The notes below the pieces were generated by a model that saw only the letters and a program-made list of their open reading frames with translations, made no database searches and was not told the origin of the DNA. 64,000 bases of DNA from Camelus ferus (Eukaryota): NCBI RefSeq assembly GCF_009834535.1, contig NC_045697.1:27344001-27408000 (forward strand). Direction: 5' to 3'. Within the stretch, counting starts at the first letter, position 1; every line of letters begins with the position of its first letter. The position numbers and the translations under genes were made by a program. Below, piece by piece: positions 37,313-48,345 of the stretch.

Positions 37313-39064
37313 GTAAGATTTGTTTAAAATGTAGATTTGTTGTATAAATGGCTGGGGCTTACCTGTTCCTGACCAGGTACGTGCGGCTCAGCCGTGCTGA
37401 TGGGGTCAGAGAGAAGCCTAGGTCAGCTTTCACTATTGGCTTAAAAGATAACCCTCGCAGCGGTGCCTGTTTCCGCCACTTCCCCCCCGGGACTGTGTAG
37501 CTATCATAGATGCTCGGACTTGCGCCAGTGCAGGGACAGTGAGGGAGCAGGTCAGGCGGAGCAGGCCCGCGGGGCACAGCGGGGCTCCTCTCGCAGTGTG
37601 AGGGCTGGTGACTGCTGGCCTCGAGGAAGCAGCCATGGAGGGGCTGCTCATTTGGAGGCCGGGACGGCGGCGTGGCGTCGGGCCGCCTGTGCTGGATCAC
37701 AGCCTGGGGCCCCGTCCTGCTCTGTGCTGGGCCGGGCAAGTCACTGCCCGTCGCCGTTGGAGTGGGCAGTATCTGAAGTCCCCTGCAGTGTGAGGATTCT
37801 AGAGCCTCCCGACAAGATTGACTAACTTTGATAACGGGCTCTAGCGAGTTTCCTGGTTCTAGAGCTGGGTAAGCACTACAGAGGGTTCCTTCCAGGGTCC
37901 CTTGGCAATTAATTTGAGCCCAGGTGTCAGAGAGCATGAATGGGCACAGAGATATCATTAAAAATAACTTTAAACGTCTTTTCAAAGCCCTTGCCTTATA
38001 AACACGAAGCAGGCCCTGCCTGCGTGCAGCCCTTCCTCCCTCTTTTGGTGACATCGGGAGTACGGCGCGCGTCGGAGCCGGTTCTGCACCGATGAGGGGT
38101 GTCCACACGGGGGCGTCTGAGATGCTGCTGGTGGACAGGGGACGGTGTCTGCAGTCGCAGACAGTGTGGTGGAGCCTCTCAGCCTGTCTTCAGTCAGCCC
38201 TTCAAGATAGTTATGGCGGTTCTTTGGAATTCGGCTGGATAACTGTGATCCCAGAGCAGGACCCACTTCAGAAGCTAATACTCAATCATACGACATTTTA
38301 GAGACCAGGATAGGTTGAGGCTTTGTGGGATTCTCGTCATGTTTTCTAGAACCTTGTGCACACGCTTCTTTTATTCCGCCCCTCTGCTGTGCTCCCGCCC
38401 CTCTTTTCCCGGCACTTTAGTGATGATGGAAACCTTCCTGTCTGGAGATTCCTAGCCGTCTTGCTAATAAGCCTGCTGTTTTGCATTAGCTAAGGATGGT
38501 AGGAAATTAGAATCCCTGACAGCCCTGGTTCCCTTCTCCCCTAAGAATGCAGCTTCCTAAAGGTCGTGCCGGATGTAGGTGATGAGGGGACGTGGAAACG
38601 TCCTGCCCTCCGCCCTCCCTCCCCAGCTTACCTCTTTGGCCTTGCATCCCCTCGTGACCTCTCTGCTCATTTATGCACAGGAAATGAGACTTGACGTTAG
38701 AAGCAGGTTATTGTTCAGTTTAAAGAGAGATGTATTTTTAAAACTCTGGATTTTGTTTTGCTTTCCTTTGCTTTTGTTTTAATTAAAAAAAAATTTTTTT
38801 TCCCGTCAGGTCCTAAAAAGGGAGTAGAGGAAACAGGTCTGTTGGGTGCATAGACATGTGGGAAGTGATCAAGCATGACCTTCCACAGGCCTTTCTTTAC
38901 TGCAAATTGCCTGTGCCCGGGAGTTGGTGTGCAGAAGAGAAGTGGAGAACACCCCCACTCTGGCAGTTCCTGTTCAATGCCGGGCTTCCTGTTCCCTCCA
39001 TTTTTCCTGCGTGGTTCCCTCCCCTCTCTCTAATCCCCCTGCTTTCTTTCTAATTGCTGTTTAG

Positions 39065-39226
39065 TGGGAATCATCCACCTGTTGGCGAGTCTAAAAGTCG
39101 CTCAGGTCAGTCTTCAGCTCCTGCTCCTCCACCTCGTCTTAACCCCTCTGCCTCCTCGCCCAATTTCTTTAAGTACCTCAAACATAACTCCAGTGGAGAA
39201 CAGAGTGGGAATGCGGTGCCCAAGAG
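39065..39226 (+). CDS. TBC1D1: TBC1D1 alternative (muscle long-isoform) cassette exon A (~exon 12), 162 nt, phase 2-2
   Basis: poly-Y tract, ctgtttag|T GGG AAT ... AAG AG|gtgagc; (N)GNHPPVGESKSRSGQSSAPAPPPRLNPSASSPNFFKYLKHNSSGEQSGNAVPK; frame-preserving; this frame is not in the ORF track. Confidence 0.88.
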
Positions 39227-39639
39227 GTGAGCCACCCGCATGGCAAGTTCAGTGTCGTCCGTCTTACCGGCACGTTCACGCAGAGAGTGTGCTGATGTTC
39301 GTGCCAGGAGCCCGGGGCCACCGCTTGTGTGTCTGTCTGGTTTGGGTTTTGTTATTGTCAGTCTATCATTTGAATCTACTTAATTTTACTATCGATTGAT
39401 TTCCTCAAAATTATTATGAAAACAATCTTAATGGCAAGATGTGTTTTATATAAAACACGTCTTTCACATCCTTTCACATTCCCCTGCCCTATTACACACA
39501 CATGCGTGCACACACACACACGACTGTGCTTGATCACATACATTGCAATTTGTGTTGTATTAGAAACTTCCTCGTTAATTTAGGAAAACTGTATTTCCAG
39601 TTTGGAAGGAGTCATTTTGGATGATGGACTGATTGTTTT

Positions 39640-39793
39640 TATTTTACTCTGTAAGAATGCTTAACATGAGATCTACTCTCTTAACACATTTTTAACGTGT
39701 TTGCAGTATTACTAACTCTAGGCACAGTACTGTTAATGGTAGGCACAATGTTGCACAGCAGATCTTTAGAATTTATTCATCTTACATAACTGA
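39640..39793 (-). mobile_element. Short L1MA-type 3' end between the two cassette exons
   Basis: aacatgagatctactctcttaaca...taggcacaatgttgcacagcagatctttagaatttattcatctt; flanking duplication atggactgat(t)gttt at 39624 and 39794. Confidence 0.8.
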
Positions 39794-40020
39794 ATGGACT
39801 GATGTTTATTCATTAATTCATTGATTCCATTCATTTAAAGTAATAGAATTTTATTGACTGAAAGTGAAAGTTAAATGTCATTTGTAAGCTGTTTTTCTTA
39901 CCTGCTTTAATTTTCTTAGCATTAGAACTATAAAAATGTTTTTTATTTTGAAGCTTATGTTTTATACTTTGTCTGTTTGTGTTTCTTTATCCTAAACTCT
40001 TTTTTCAACCAAACTCTTAG

Positions 40021-40140
40021 CATCTCCTACCGTAATGCCCTGCGGAAAAAACTTCATTCTTCTTCCTCTGTGCCAAATTTTCTAAAATTTCTGGCTCCTG
40101 TAGATGAAAATAACACCTCTGACTTTATGAACACAAAAAG
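40021..40140 (+). CDS. TBC1D1: TBC1D1 alternative (muscle long-isoform) cassette exon B (~exon 13), 120 nt, phase 2-2
   Basis: aactcttag|C ATC TCC TAC ... AAA AG|gtaggg; (S)ISYRNALRKKLHSSSSVPNFLKFLAPVDENNTSDFMNTK(R); frame-preserving. Confidence 0.9.
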
Positions 40141-41111
40141 GTAGGGTTTGATTTAGATATATCAAGTCTGGGTACAAGTGCTGACTGTTGGACACATAGG
40201 GATTTTTCAGCTGTTCTTTTGCCATTTAAAAAATCATTTACGCTAGACCTATTGTATCTTCTTTCTTATAAGTTTTTCTTACTGGATGTGATTTTTTAAA
40301 AATGTGGAGTCAACTTGTAATCTAGTTTTGACTGGGATGAGTTTACTAATGTGTTGTTATTTTCAGCAAATTAGAGAAAGTCTTACCCATCTAATTGATT
40401 AGAAGTGTTTCTGGATAGTGAGCATGTTTGGCTGTCAGTATCAGTCAGGATGTCTGATCTGTAAGTTCAGGTGACTGTCTGGTTGCAGGTAGACACTTGG
40501 GTGTAGCTCACAAGGGCTTCCCCAAGTTGTCCTTTGAATAGGAAGAAAATTAGTGACTAGATGGTTTTTATGTACATTGAAAACTATACTTTGTTTTGTA
40601 GTTTAAAACATATAGGTGTTAAAAAAATCATATCAAGTGACTGCATAATTATTGCTTTTGCTGGTTCTGTATAATTTAACTTTTTTCATTTCATGCGGTG
40701 ATCCTTGGAGACACAGGCCTATGCTAAGAAAATCTCTCTACCCATCGACTAGGGGAGATTGTGGCGCCTCCTGTAGGCAGTTTCCCTTTCCTGAAGTGGC
40801 ACCAAGGGAGACCCAATTGAAAGCCAAGATCCGCGGAGCATATTTTTTAATATCTTTTACAATAGAAATAAATTAAAGACGTGTAAACTTGCTTTTTTTA
40901 TAAAAAGCATTCTGCAAGAAGTCAGTCATGTAGGATTGTTGACCTGACCCAATATAATCATGCTTATTGTCTATGATTATCTAATTGTTCACTTGTACAA
41001 AGGTAATATATCATTCAGTGCTTTGTTAAAAAAAAAAAAACCAGTAAGTCAAGCTAAAATACCTGTTTATATCTCCCCACCAGTCATAAGTCAATTATCT
41101 TGTAATTGTAG

Positions 41112-41251
41112 GGACTTTGAGTCTAAAGACAACCATCTCAGTGACGCCAGTGGGACCCCTGTGAAGACAAGGAGACACTCGTGGAGGCAGCAGATCTTCC
41201 TTCGCGTGGCCACCCCACAGAAAGCGTGCGAGTCTCCCGGCAGATATGAAG
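41112..41251 (+). CDS. TBC1D1: TBC1D1 coding exon (~exon 14; 12 in the short isoform), 140 nt, phase 2-1, includes the basic RRHSWRQQIFLRV calmodulin-binding-type segment
   Basis: aattgtag|G GAC TTT ... GAA G|gtgagg; DFESKDNHLSDASGTPVKTRRHSWRQQIFLRVATPQKACESPGRYE. Confidence 0.96.
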
Positions 41252-41770
41252 GTGAGGCCTGCCCCCGACATAAAACTAGAAAAAGTGCATTTGTGGAAGA
41301 AGAGGTGAAATGAGATTTCAGGTCAGAATCATCCCCTGATGTTAAAGCTCCCTGGGTGAGAGGCTGACATGGCAATGCCTGGCACTGTTTCAAGAGGATC
41401 CCGCATTGCAGGGAAACCTGTCACAGGGCTCAGCAGCTTACAGTACTGTGTACGACGCTGCGTGTTACAAATGGCACCTCTGCTGAGCTCTTGTGACTGC
41501 TCAGCCCTACCTCATTCACGGGAATGTTAAGGACCTCGGGCTGACGCCTCCACTTCCCTCATCCCTTCCCACTGTGTTCCCAGGCTTGTCTGTTTTCCCC
41601 CTCTGCAAGGGTCGCTTTACTCCCTGCCTTAGCACGGTGTGGTGTTAGAGGTACCCCATCCCACTGGTCACGCTTGTGATGCTCTGTGCCTTGTCAATTG
41701 CTGTCACTCAGTCTGGTGTCACAGGAGGGCTGTCTTGTGCTCGCTCATCCTTGTGCCCCCCAAAGAAATA

Positions 41771-42121
41771 CGGACAGACTTCAGAGATATTGCGGGTTTG
41801 GGTTCCAAAACCACCACAGTAAAGAGAATATCGCAATAAAGCAGACCACGTGAATTTTTTTTGTTTCCTAGTGCACGTAAAAGTTATGTTTACACTGTAG
41901 TATAGGCACTATAATGTAGTCTTCTAAGTGTGCAATAGCATTATGTCTAAAAAAGATGTATATACCTTAATTTAAAAAAACTTTTATTGCCAAAAATAAT
42001 GCTAACTATCATCTGACAATACAGGGTTGCCACAAACTTTCAATTTGTTACAAAAAAAAAAAAAAAAAAAAGCAGTATCTGCGAAGCACAGTAATAAGCA
42101 CGGTGAGACGCGGTATGCCCG
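41771..42121. mobile_element. Tigger1 internal-deletion derivative (Tigger1a_Art-like MITE)
   Basis: ta|cggacagacttcagagatattgcgggtt ... gcggtatgcccg|tg matches both Tigger1 termini (CAGGCATACCTC... / ...GAGGTATGCCTG) joined in ~350 nt. Confidence 0.85.
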
Positions 42122-44177
42122 TGTGGAACATGCTCAGGTTTGTCTTTAGGCCTTTTGATGTTGAGTTACAATGTAAAAATGGAGTTTAAATGCAGTTCTT
42201 CTGACCAAAATTAAGATTTTTCTCTGACCAGTGATATCATAAACTTTCAATAGTAGATATTTACTGTCCTTAATGTTTCTCGATCAGAAATTGTTTCCTT
42301 AAAAATTAGCAAAGTGTAACAGTAGACCTTCAACGAGTACTTGCACGCCTCAGATTGCACATAGTGTAGATTCACTCTTGTCCCTCGACACACCTCTGCA
42401 TGTCTCCCAGGAAGCAGCACAGGCTAATCCGAGAGTTTTCAGACTAGGCTCCCTGCATCTGTCTTGAGGGAGGAGGGCTGTTGGAGGAACCCTCCCCTCC
42501 TGTTCCCCCTCCCCCTTGTTTCTTCATCTCTCCCTGCCTCCTTCCCCCAGAGTTCTTAGTATTTAATTTGAATAATGAATCCTCTGCCCAATTAAACAAG
42601 AGCCTGGTTTGGGCTCAGCTATCTTTGTGATGTAAATCATGTAACTTCACTTAAGTTGTAGAAGGGTTATAGTAGTGTTGGCTCTTCCTATCTCACGGAA
42701 GTACATTAAATTATAAATGTGACAGTACTTTGAAAACCTGAAGGCACACTAGATGTAAACTAACATTTTTGTTTCCGTTGTTGAGATTGGAGCACTGGTA
42801 TTTAGCTTCCTATGCCATTGTCTCCCAGCAGCAGCAATGTAAAGGAGCGCTGGGTTTATAAATTCAGTGAGATTTAAAAAAATTTTTGAGTAAACTGAGT
42901 TATTTCAGTTCGTATCAGTTTAGAAAGTTTTGTTTTAAAGGTTTCATTTTCATGTTGTACACTGCCTGCTAATGTCCAACAGCCAGATTGTGTAACCTAA
43001 TCCCTTCCTTAAACTTCTTTTAAAATTCTAGGCCACAGGGATCTGCTAGGGTTGTGGCTATAGAAGACACCAGGCTTGTAAACTGCACAGCTCCTGCTTG
43101 GAGCTCTGGCCCCTGAGGAGATGCTGGTGGTCTCTGCAGGCCCCGCCCTGGTGCTGCCCTTTTCCTGTCTCTGGAATCCGGAAGTGTGAGGTTTCTGGAC
43201 AGGCACTGGTATCTTCCTGTCGGGGTCTGAGAGACTTGAGTCAGAAGGTTAGTCAGTGCTGGCGAATGCTTGCTTCTCTGGACAACCCCAGGAGGGTAAA
43301 ACAGGCAGGGAGACTACGCTGTAGCAGCATGAGAGGAGGCGATCTTGTGTCACCCCAGTGGAGAGGAAAGAAAGGAGGAAGGAGGCCACAGTTTGCATTT
43401 GAGTTCTCTTTTTGGAAGTCATGGCAGGAAACTTTTCTTTTTAATAGGTCTAGTCTGGGAATATCGTAAGAAATGAATATTTAGGTCCAAGTTGCATTCT
43501 TACTGACGATACTTGCAATGCACAGGGTTCTTTGGTGCATTCTGGGCTAGCTGACACAGCTGGGCCCAAGTGTGCAGGGAAGGAGGTGGGGTACCTGGTT
43601 GTTGCCGCAGACACAGGTCAGAGCACTGAGCAGGTGCCTCCAGTGCCCTGCTCCCTGGATAGCTTGGTTGCTAGGGAACTGGGAATGGAGCACTTGGTGC
43701 TGGCCATCTCCCCCGCTGGAAGTGGCACTCAAAGCTGCTCAAAGAAGCACCCCAGCATCCACCTGTCAGGCCCCTGGGGTCACAGCTTGTTGATAGCAGG
43801 GACCTGCCCTCTAGCGTGGGAAGGTCTCAGGTGGTCGTGATGGTGAACTTCGGGAAAGGATTTAGAGCTCATTTAGGGTAACCTCCTCTGAAAACAGGGG
43901 CAGAGAACCTGCATCCAGATCCCCGCTTTCCACCTTAGGCACTGTGGTCTGGGACACACTTGTCTAATTTCTCCCTGATGTTATAGGATTAGTTAGGCCT
44001 TTTGTCACACTGATTGGGATAAGAGAAGTATGATGCTTTTACTGACATTTTATTTTAAAGTGTTCAAATTTCAGGAGATTAGAAAGTGAGTGATGCAAAC
44101 GTTTCTAGTATAAAGTCACCTCCCACGGTGTGGAGGGCCCTCTGGTGCTCCCTGCCCATTGTTTCTCCCCCTCGGCC

Positions 44178-44630
44178 CTTCCACAGGGGGGCGCTGTGGA
44201 GCAGTGCTTGGCATGCACCGCGCTGCCGCCGGAACCGTCCTGGGAGCTGCTGTGCCAAGTGGCGGGGCTTGATTCTCTGGCTGCCAGAGTGACTGGATGG
44301 CCGGGCCTTGCTCCTCCCGCTGCAGAGGGCTCTTCCTCCCAGGTCCTGGCGGTGCCCGGTGAGGGGGAGGTGCGGGCGTGGGCTGGGCGGGGAGGGGAAG
44401 GAACGGGAAGGAGGCGGGCCGGGACTGGGAACTGAGCTGTGATTTGTGATTGAAACAGCAGCAGCACCAGAAGTGGAATTTCGCTGTTTGAGAACAGTGC
44501 CCCAGTGTTGCGGTGGCCATACCGCACGGGGACTTGCTGTGGAGACTGAAGTGCTGTATGATGTCTTTAATGTGTTCAAGTGTAGAGCGTGTCATGAGGA
44601 TGTACTGTAAACTCCCGGTGCGGTGGCCAG
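44178..44630. promoter_or_regulatory. GC/CpG-rich intronic element with CTCF-like motif, GC boxes and RUNX-like sites
   Basis: CCACAGGGGGGCGC 44181-44194; GGGCGTGG and GGGCGGGG at ~44374-44392; TGCGGT-N6-ACCGCA 44509-44526. Confidence 0.5.
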
Positions 44631-46019
44631 GAACGTGTTAAGGGTGGTGGATGACTGTGAAGCAGCCTGTCCCATGCCAGAGCAGTTGTAAGTTTTACAG
44701 GGAGCTTCCTCAGATGAAGCTGAATCCTGTCTCCCATGGTTCCCTCCCTTGGTTCCTGTCTGTGTCTGGTCTGAGACGCGCGGAATGCACTTGTTTGCAC
44801 TTCCTGTTCCTCAGATGACAGAGGGTCAAAGAAGCGCTGCTTCCTCCAGAGCTCTGCTCCAGGCTCGTTTCCCCCAGTCTTTTGACCCACTCCGTTTCAC
44901 TGTCAGTCTCCTCTAGTCATAGTCCTGTCCGCTGACCATATTGGACCCCCGGAGACCTGGAACCCAGCTCCACCTCCCGCGGTCTCCCACCCACGTGGCG
45001 CACTCTTCTCTGAATGCAAGGCCACCTTTATAACCTGTCTCTGCTTTAGGTCATTTACTCACATTCTTGGCTCTTACCATATCTTGTCCCCTGGGGCATG
45101 AACTGTTATTTCAAAATCGGTCTGATTCCTCCCTGCACTTGTGAAAAGTTTTCTACTTCTTACCTGTGAAGTGTGGCAGCATCAGCCAGTCGTTTGGGGA
45201 TGGTTTTGAAGCTTAATTCTGGTGACCAGTATGCTGTAGCGAGCTATGTAAAGTTGAAGAGCCAGGCCCTCCATGTCTTTTTGTGATTGATAAAAGTGCT
45301 GAGCACGGTGGGCCCTGCATAGATACCGCTCCTGCCGTTCCTCTTCCACGGTCATCACTGATTCTTCAGGTCCCAAACTATGCAGCTACTGCCATTTTCC
45401 CCACATCTCCTGCAGGAAGATGTCCTTAGAGACCCCAGTGCAGCACTAGATGGGTGTCACATACATACATGGTCCACCTGGCCTCTCTGAGGAAGGCTTC
45501 TGCTGCAGCCCCTTGCTCTTGCCACGCCGGCTCCTTCCTGAGGCCTTTGCACAGACTGTTCCCTGTGTTTGCAGTGCTCTTCACCCGTTGTCCCCATGAC
45601 TAACCCCCTCACCTACTTCACATCATTGCTTAAAGTCACCTTTCATTGAGGCCTCCCTGGCCACTCCATTTCAGGTTGTACCTTCATCAGACATCCCTAA
45701 TCTCCTTACCACGATTTTTTCCATAGCTCTTACCTCTTCGAAACATACTCTAGTTATGTACTTATTCCTTATCTTTATCTCAGGTTCCTTCAGTCTGCAC
45801 AGGCTTTATGACTTTTAGGTAAATTGTTCAGATTCTTACAAACTTAATATTTGGTCCTTCGTGATTTCTTAACTCCCTGCTCCTTCCCATTCTTTCTGCT
45901 TGTGTCCTTTCTGCTCTTACAGAATTAAGAAATGCTGTCTGAATTATAAAATTATGTTGTAGGTACTCTGTGTATGAGACAGAGAGAAGAGAAAATAAAA
46001 GCATTTACGACTCTGAAGT

Positions 46020-46230
46020 GGTATTATAATAATAATCACTTACCGTGTCCTTATTTTTAGCAAGTGCTTTACATGAATTATTTCCTTTAATTCCCAGTCA
46101 ACCTTACGAAGGTCGGCATTTTTATTGCACGTGTTTCACAGATGGAGCAGAGGCTTGGAGTGGCTGAAATCACTCGCCCCAAACCACCGAGCTAGTAGGC
46201 GACAGGCAGGACTGGAGCTCAAGGATCTCT
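46020..46230 (-). mobile_element. MIR SINE
   Basis: aagtgctttacatgaattatttcctttaattccca...tttcacagatggagcagaggcttggagtggctgaaatcactcgcccc. Confidence 0.7.
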
Positions 46231-48189
46231 GCCCCACAGTTTGCGGAACTGCCCGCAGGCTGAGCTGCCGGTGGGCGTGGCCCCAGGGGTGGGTGTGGCC
46301 CGTGGCCGGGAGCTGCCCAGACTGGGCGTGGCTTCTTCCTTGGGGCGCCTTCCCTTTGGGCTTCCCGTGAGCCCCTGCATTGAGCGGTTGTTCCCAGTGT
46401 GTCCCTGTGTTTCAGAGCTCCAGAGTTGCCTTCGTCCTTCCTCCCTGCGTGTTAGCACTGGGACAGGAGTGTGCCGGGAAGGGGAGGGAGGTTGATTTCG
46501 TAACATCTGTCTGAGTTTTCTTCTCCCAAAGCAGGCATCTCCATCCTCTGCACTGCCTGCCTCCCATCCTTAGGGCGCAGAGAGCAGCGCCTTCCACTGT
46601 GGCCTGGGACCACTTGGACCCACATGCTTTTCTGTGTGTTCCCCTCTAACTGTGAGACCTACAGATCCTCCGATAGTTGAGGGCCCCAGAGGCCCCTGCA
46701 TTGGCCAGACCATCCCAGCAGAGTGTCTACCACTAGAGGTGCCTCTGGGTCTCTGTTCTGCTTCATCTTGTGGGGGCTTCCCCTGGGCAGCCCAGGTGTC
46801 TGCAGCCAGTGGCTCTGGCTTGAGCATAAGGGACAAAAGTCTACAAGGAACACTTCGCAGTGCCTTTAAAAATGTTTCAGGTGCTCAGTGACTCTTTGTG
46901 ACCATTCTGCATTTATATTCTGGCACTGCAGACTTCAGTTCATAGACAGGTCTCACCTTCGTCAAGGTGGAAACATGAGACAGGGATAATTGTACTGTCC
47001 CCTCCTGCTTGGAAAATACTAGTAAAACATATCAGTAATTTAAAAACTGGTGTTTGCATAGCAGTAAGGATACAAGTGAAGGAGAAATAGAACTTTCTAT
47101 AGTTGGGGGTTCTGATTTTTATAGATGGGCTAAAAACTGGAGAAGGGTGTTAATGAGTAGGGAGTGTGACTCCAACTAAATATAGAGTAAAAAACGGTGT
47201 GGGTAGAGGTGGAGAGGTTAGACTGCACAAATACTATCTCAAACGAGTCAGCTTGTCACTTAGGGGTGTGTGACTTTGTATACGCAAAATCCCTGTGAAA
47301 TAATGAAGTTGCAGGAATCTGAATTTTATGTTTTGGAAGCTTATCTGAAAGTAGGCAGTTAATTTCCATTTAGAAATTTACTTATAAATGTTTAGTAGGA
47401 TAGTGCAAACATCTCCAAATTTCAGGCTGCTTTATGATTTTTTTTTTTTAACTCAGCAGAGACCAGTCAGTTTCTTGTAGAAAGTCTAGCAGGATGGTTT
47501 TCCATTCTGACCCTCAGAGGGGTGGGTCTCTGCTTCTCAGCCAGTAGGTCTGGTGTGCAGCAGCACGGCATCGAAGGGAAACTATACGATCAGTAGCGGA
47601 CTCACCAGTTTGTACTCGAAGACTTTGTGAGGCAAACATTTTTGTCATAAAACAGACACAGGGAGGTCATGAAGTAGAATGAATATCAAAAGTGGCATGG
47701 TGGCTGAAATTTAAAGCAGAGTCTTCAGTGATGCTTTTAGTTTGTGGCCACTTATGATTGGTGCCCCAGAAGCCCCGGGGAAATGTGTTCTCCCTCCTTT
47801 GTGTTTTGGATTCTTTGGGTGAAAGGTTTGTGGGGTGCTGAGGAAGTGAAAGGTCCGTAGTTGGTAAGCAATACAATACACCTGACAGAAGGTGGTTTTA
47901 CAGGGGTTCAGTTAAATCTGTTACAGGGCAAAGCGGCTGAAGGCCGAGTGTGTTGAAGACTGCGTTTGTAGAGCAGAGCCGGCTGAGGGCAGACGCAGTT
48001 GTTCCTCTGAGTAGGGGCAGCGCTGCTGATGTCTGCATAACAGCCCTTCCTCATCTCCAGGGCCTTCACCCTGGTGATCACCTCCCCCTTGGCCTGCACT
48101 GAAGGTAAGGGTGGCACAGGCACTCTCACCTCTCAGCTGTAGAGGGAACACACCTGTAGATTGAATGGCTTTCCCCAGGTCACAGTCTA

Positions 48190-48345
48190 GAGCAGCCCTT
48201 CACAAACTTACGTGTGCTTACGGTCCTCTGGTGATTTGGTAAAGGTGCATTCTGGTGTTGTGGGTTTGGATTCTGGAGAGGGTCTCCATTTCTGACAAAC
48301 TGCCCAGTGATGCTGTGGTTCTGGTTGATCGTGAGTAGCAAGGCT
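48190..48345. mobile_element. MER5A-like DNA transposon
   Basis: tctagagcagcccttcacaaactt...ttggtaaaggtgcattctg...catttctgacaaactgcccagtgatgctg...gagtagcaaggcttaga. Confidence 0.65.

Noticed and set aside
37359..38108. 249-aa minus-strand ORF, the longest in the window
   Set aside because: Lies in GC-rich intron where stop codons are rare; non-ATG start, Pro/Ala/Ser-rich, no recognisable homology or splice support.
39064..39399. 111-aa ORF overlapping cassette exon A
   Set aside because: Wrong frame; the real exon is read in the frame set by the phase-2 junction.
44079..44595. Stack of 100-166 aa ORFs on both strands
   Set aside because: GC-rich regulatory-looking sequence; no coding signature.
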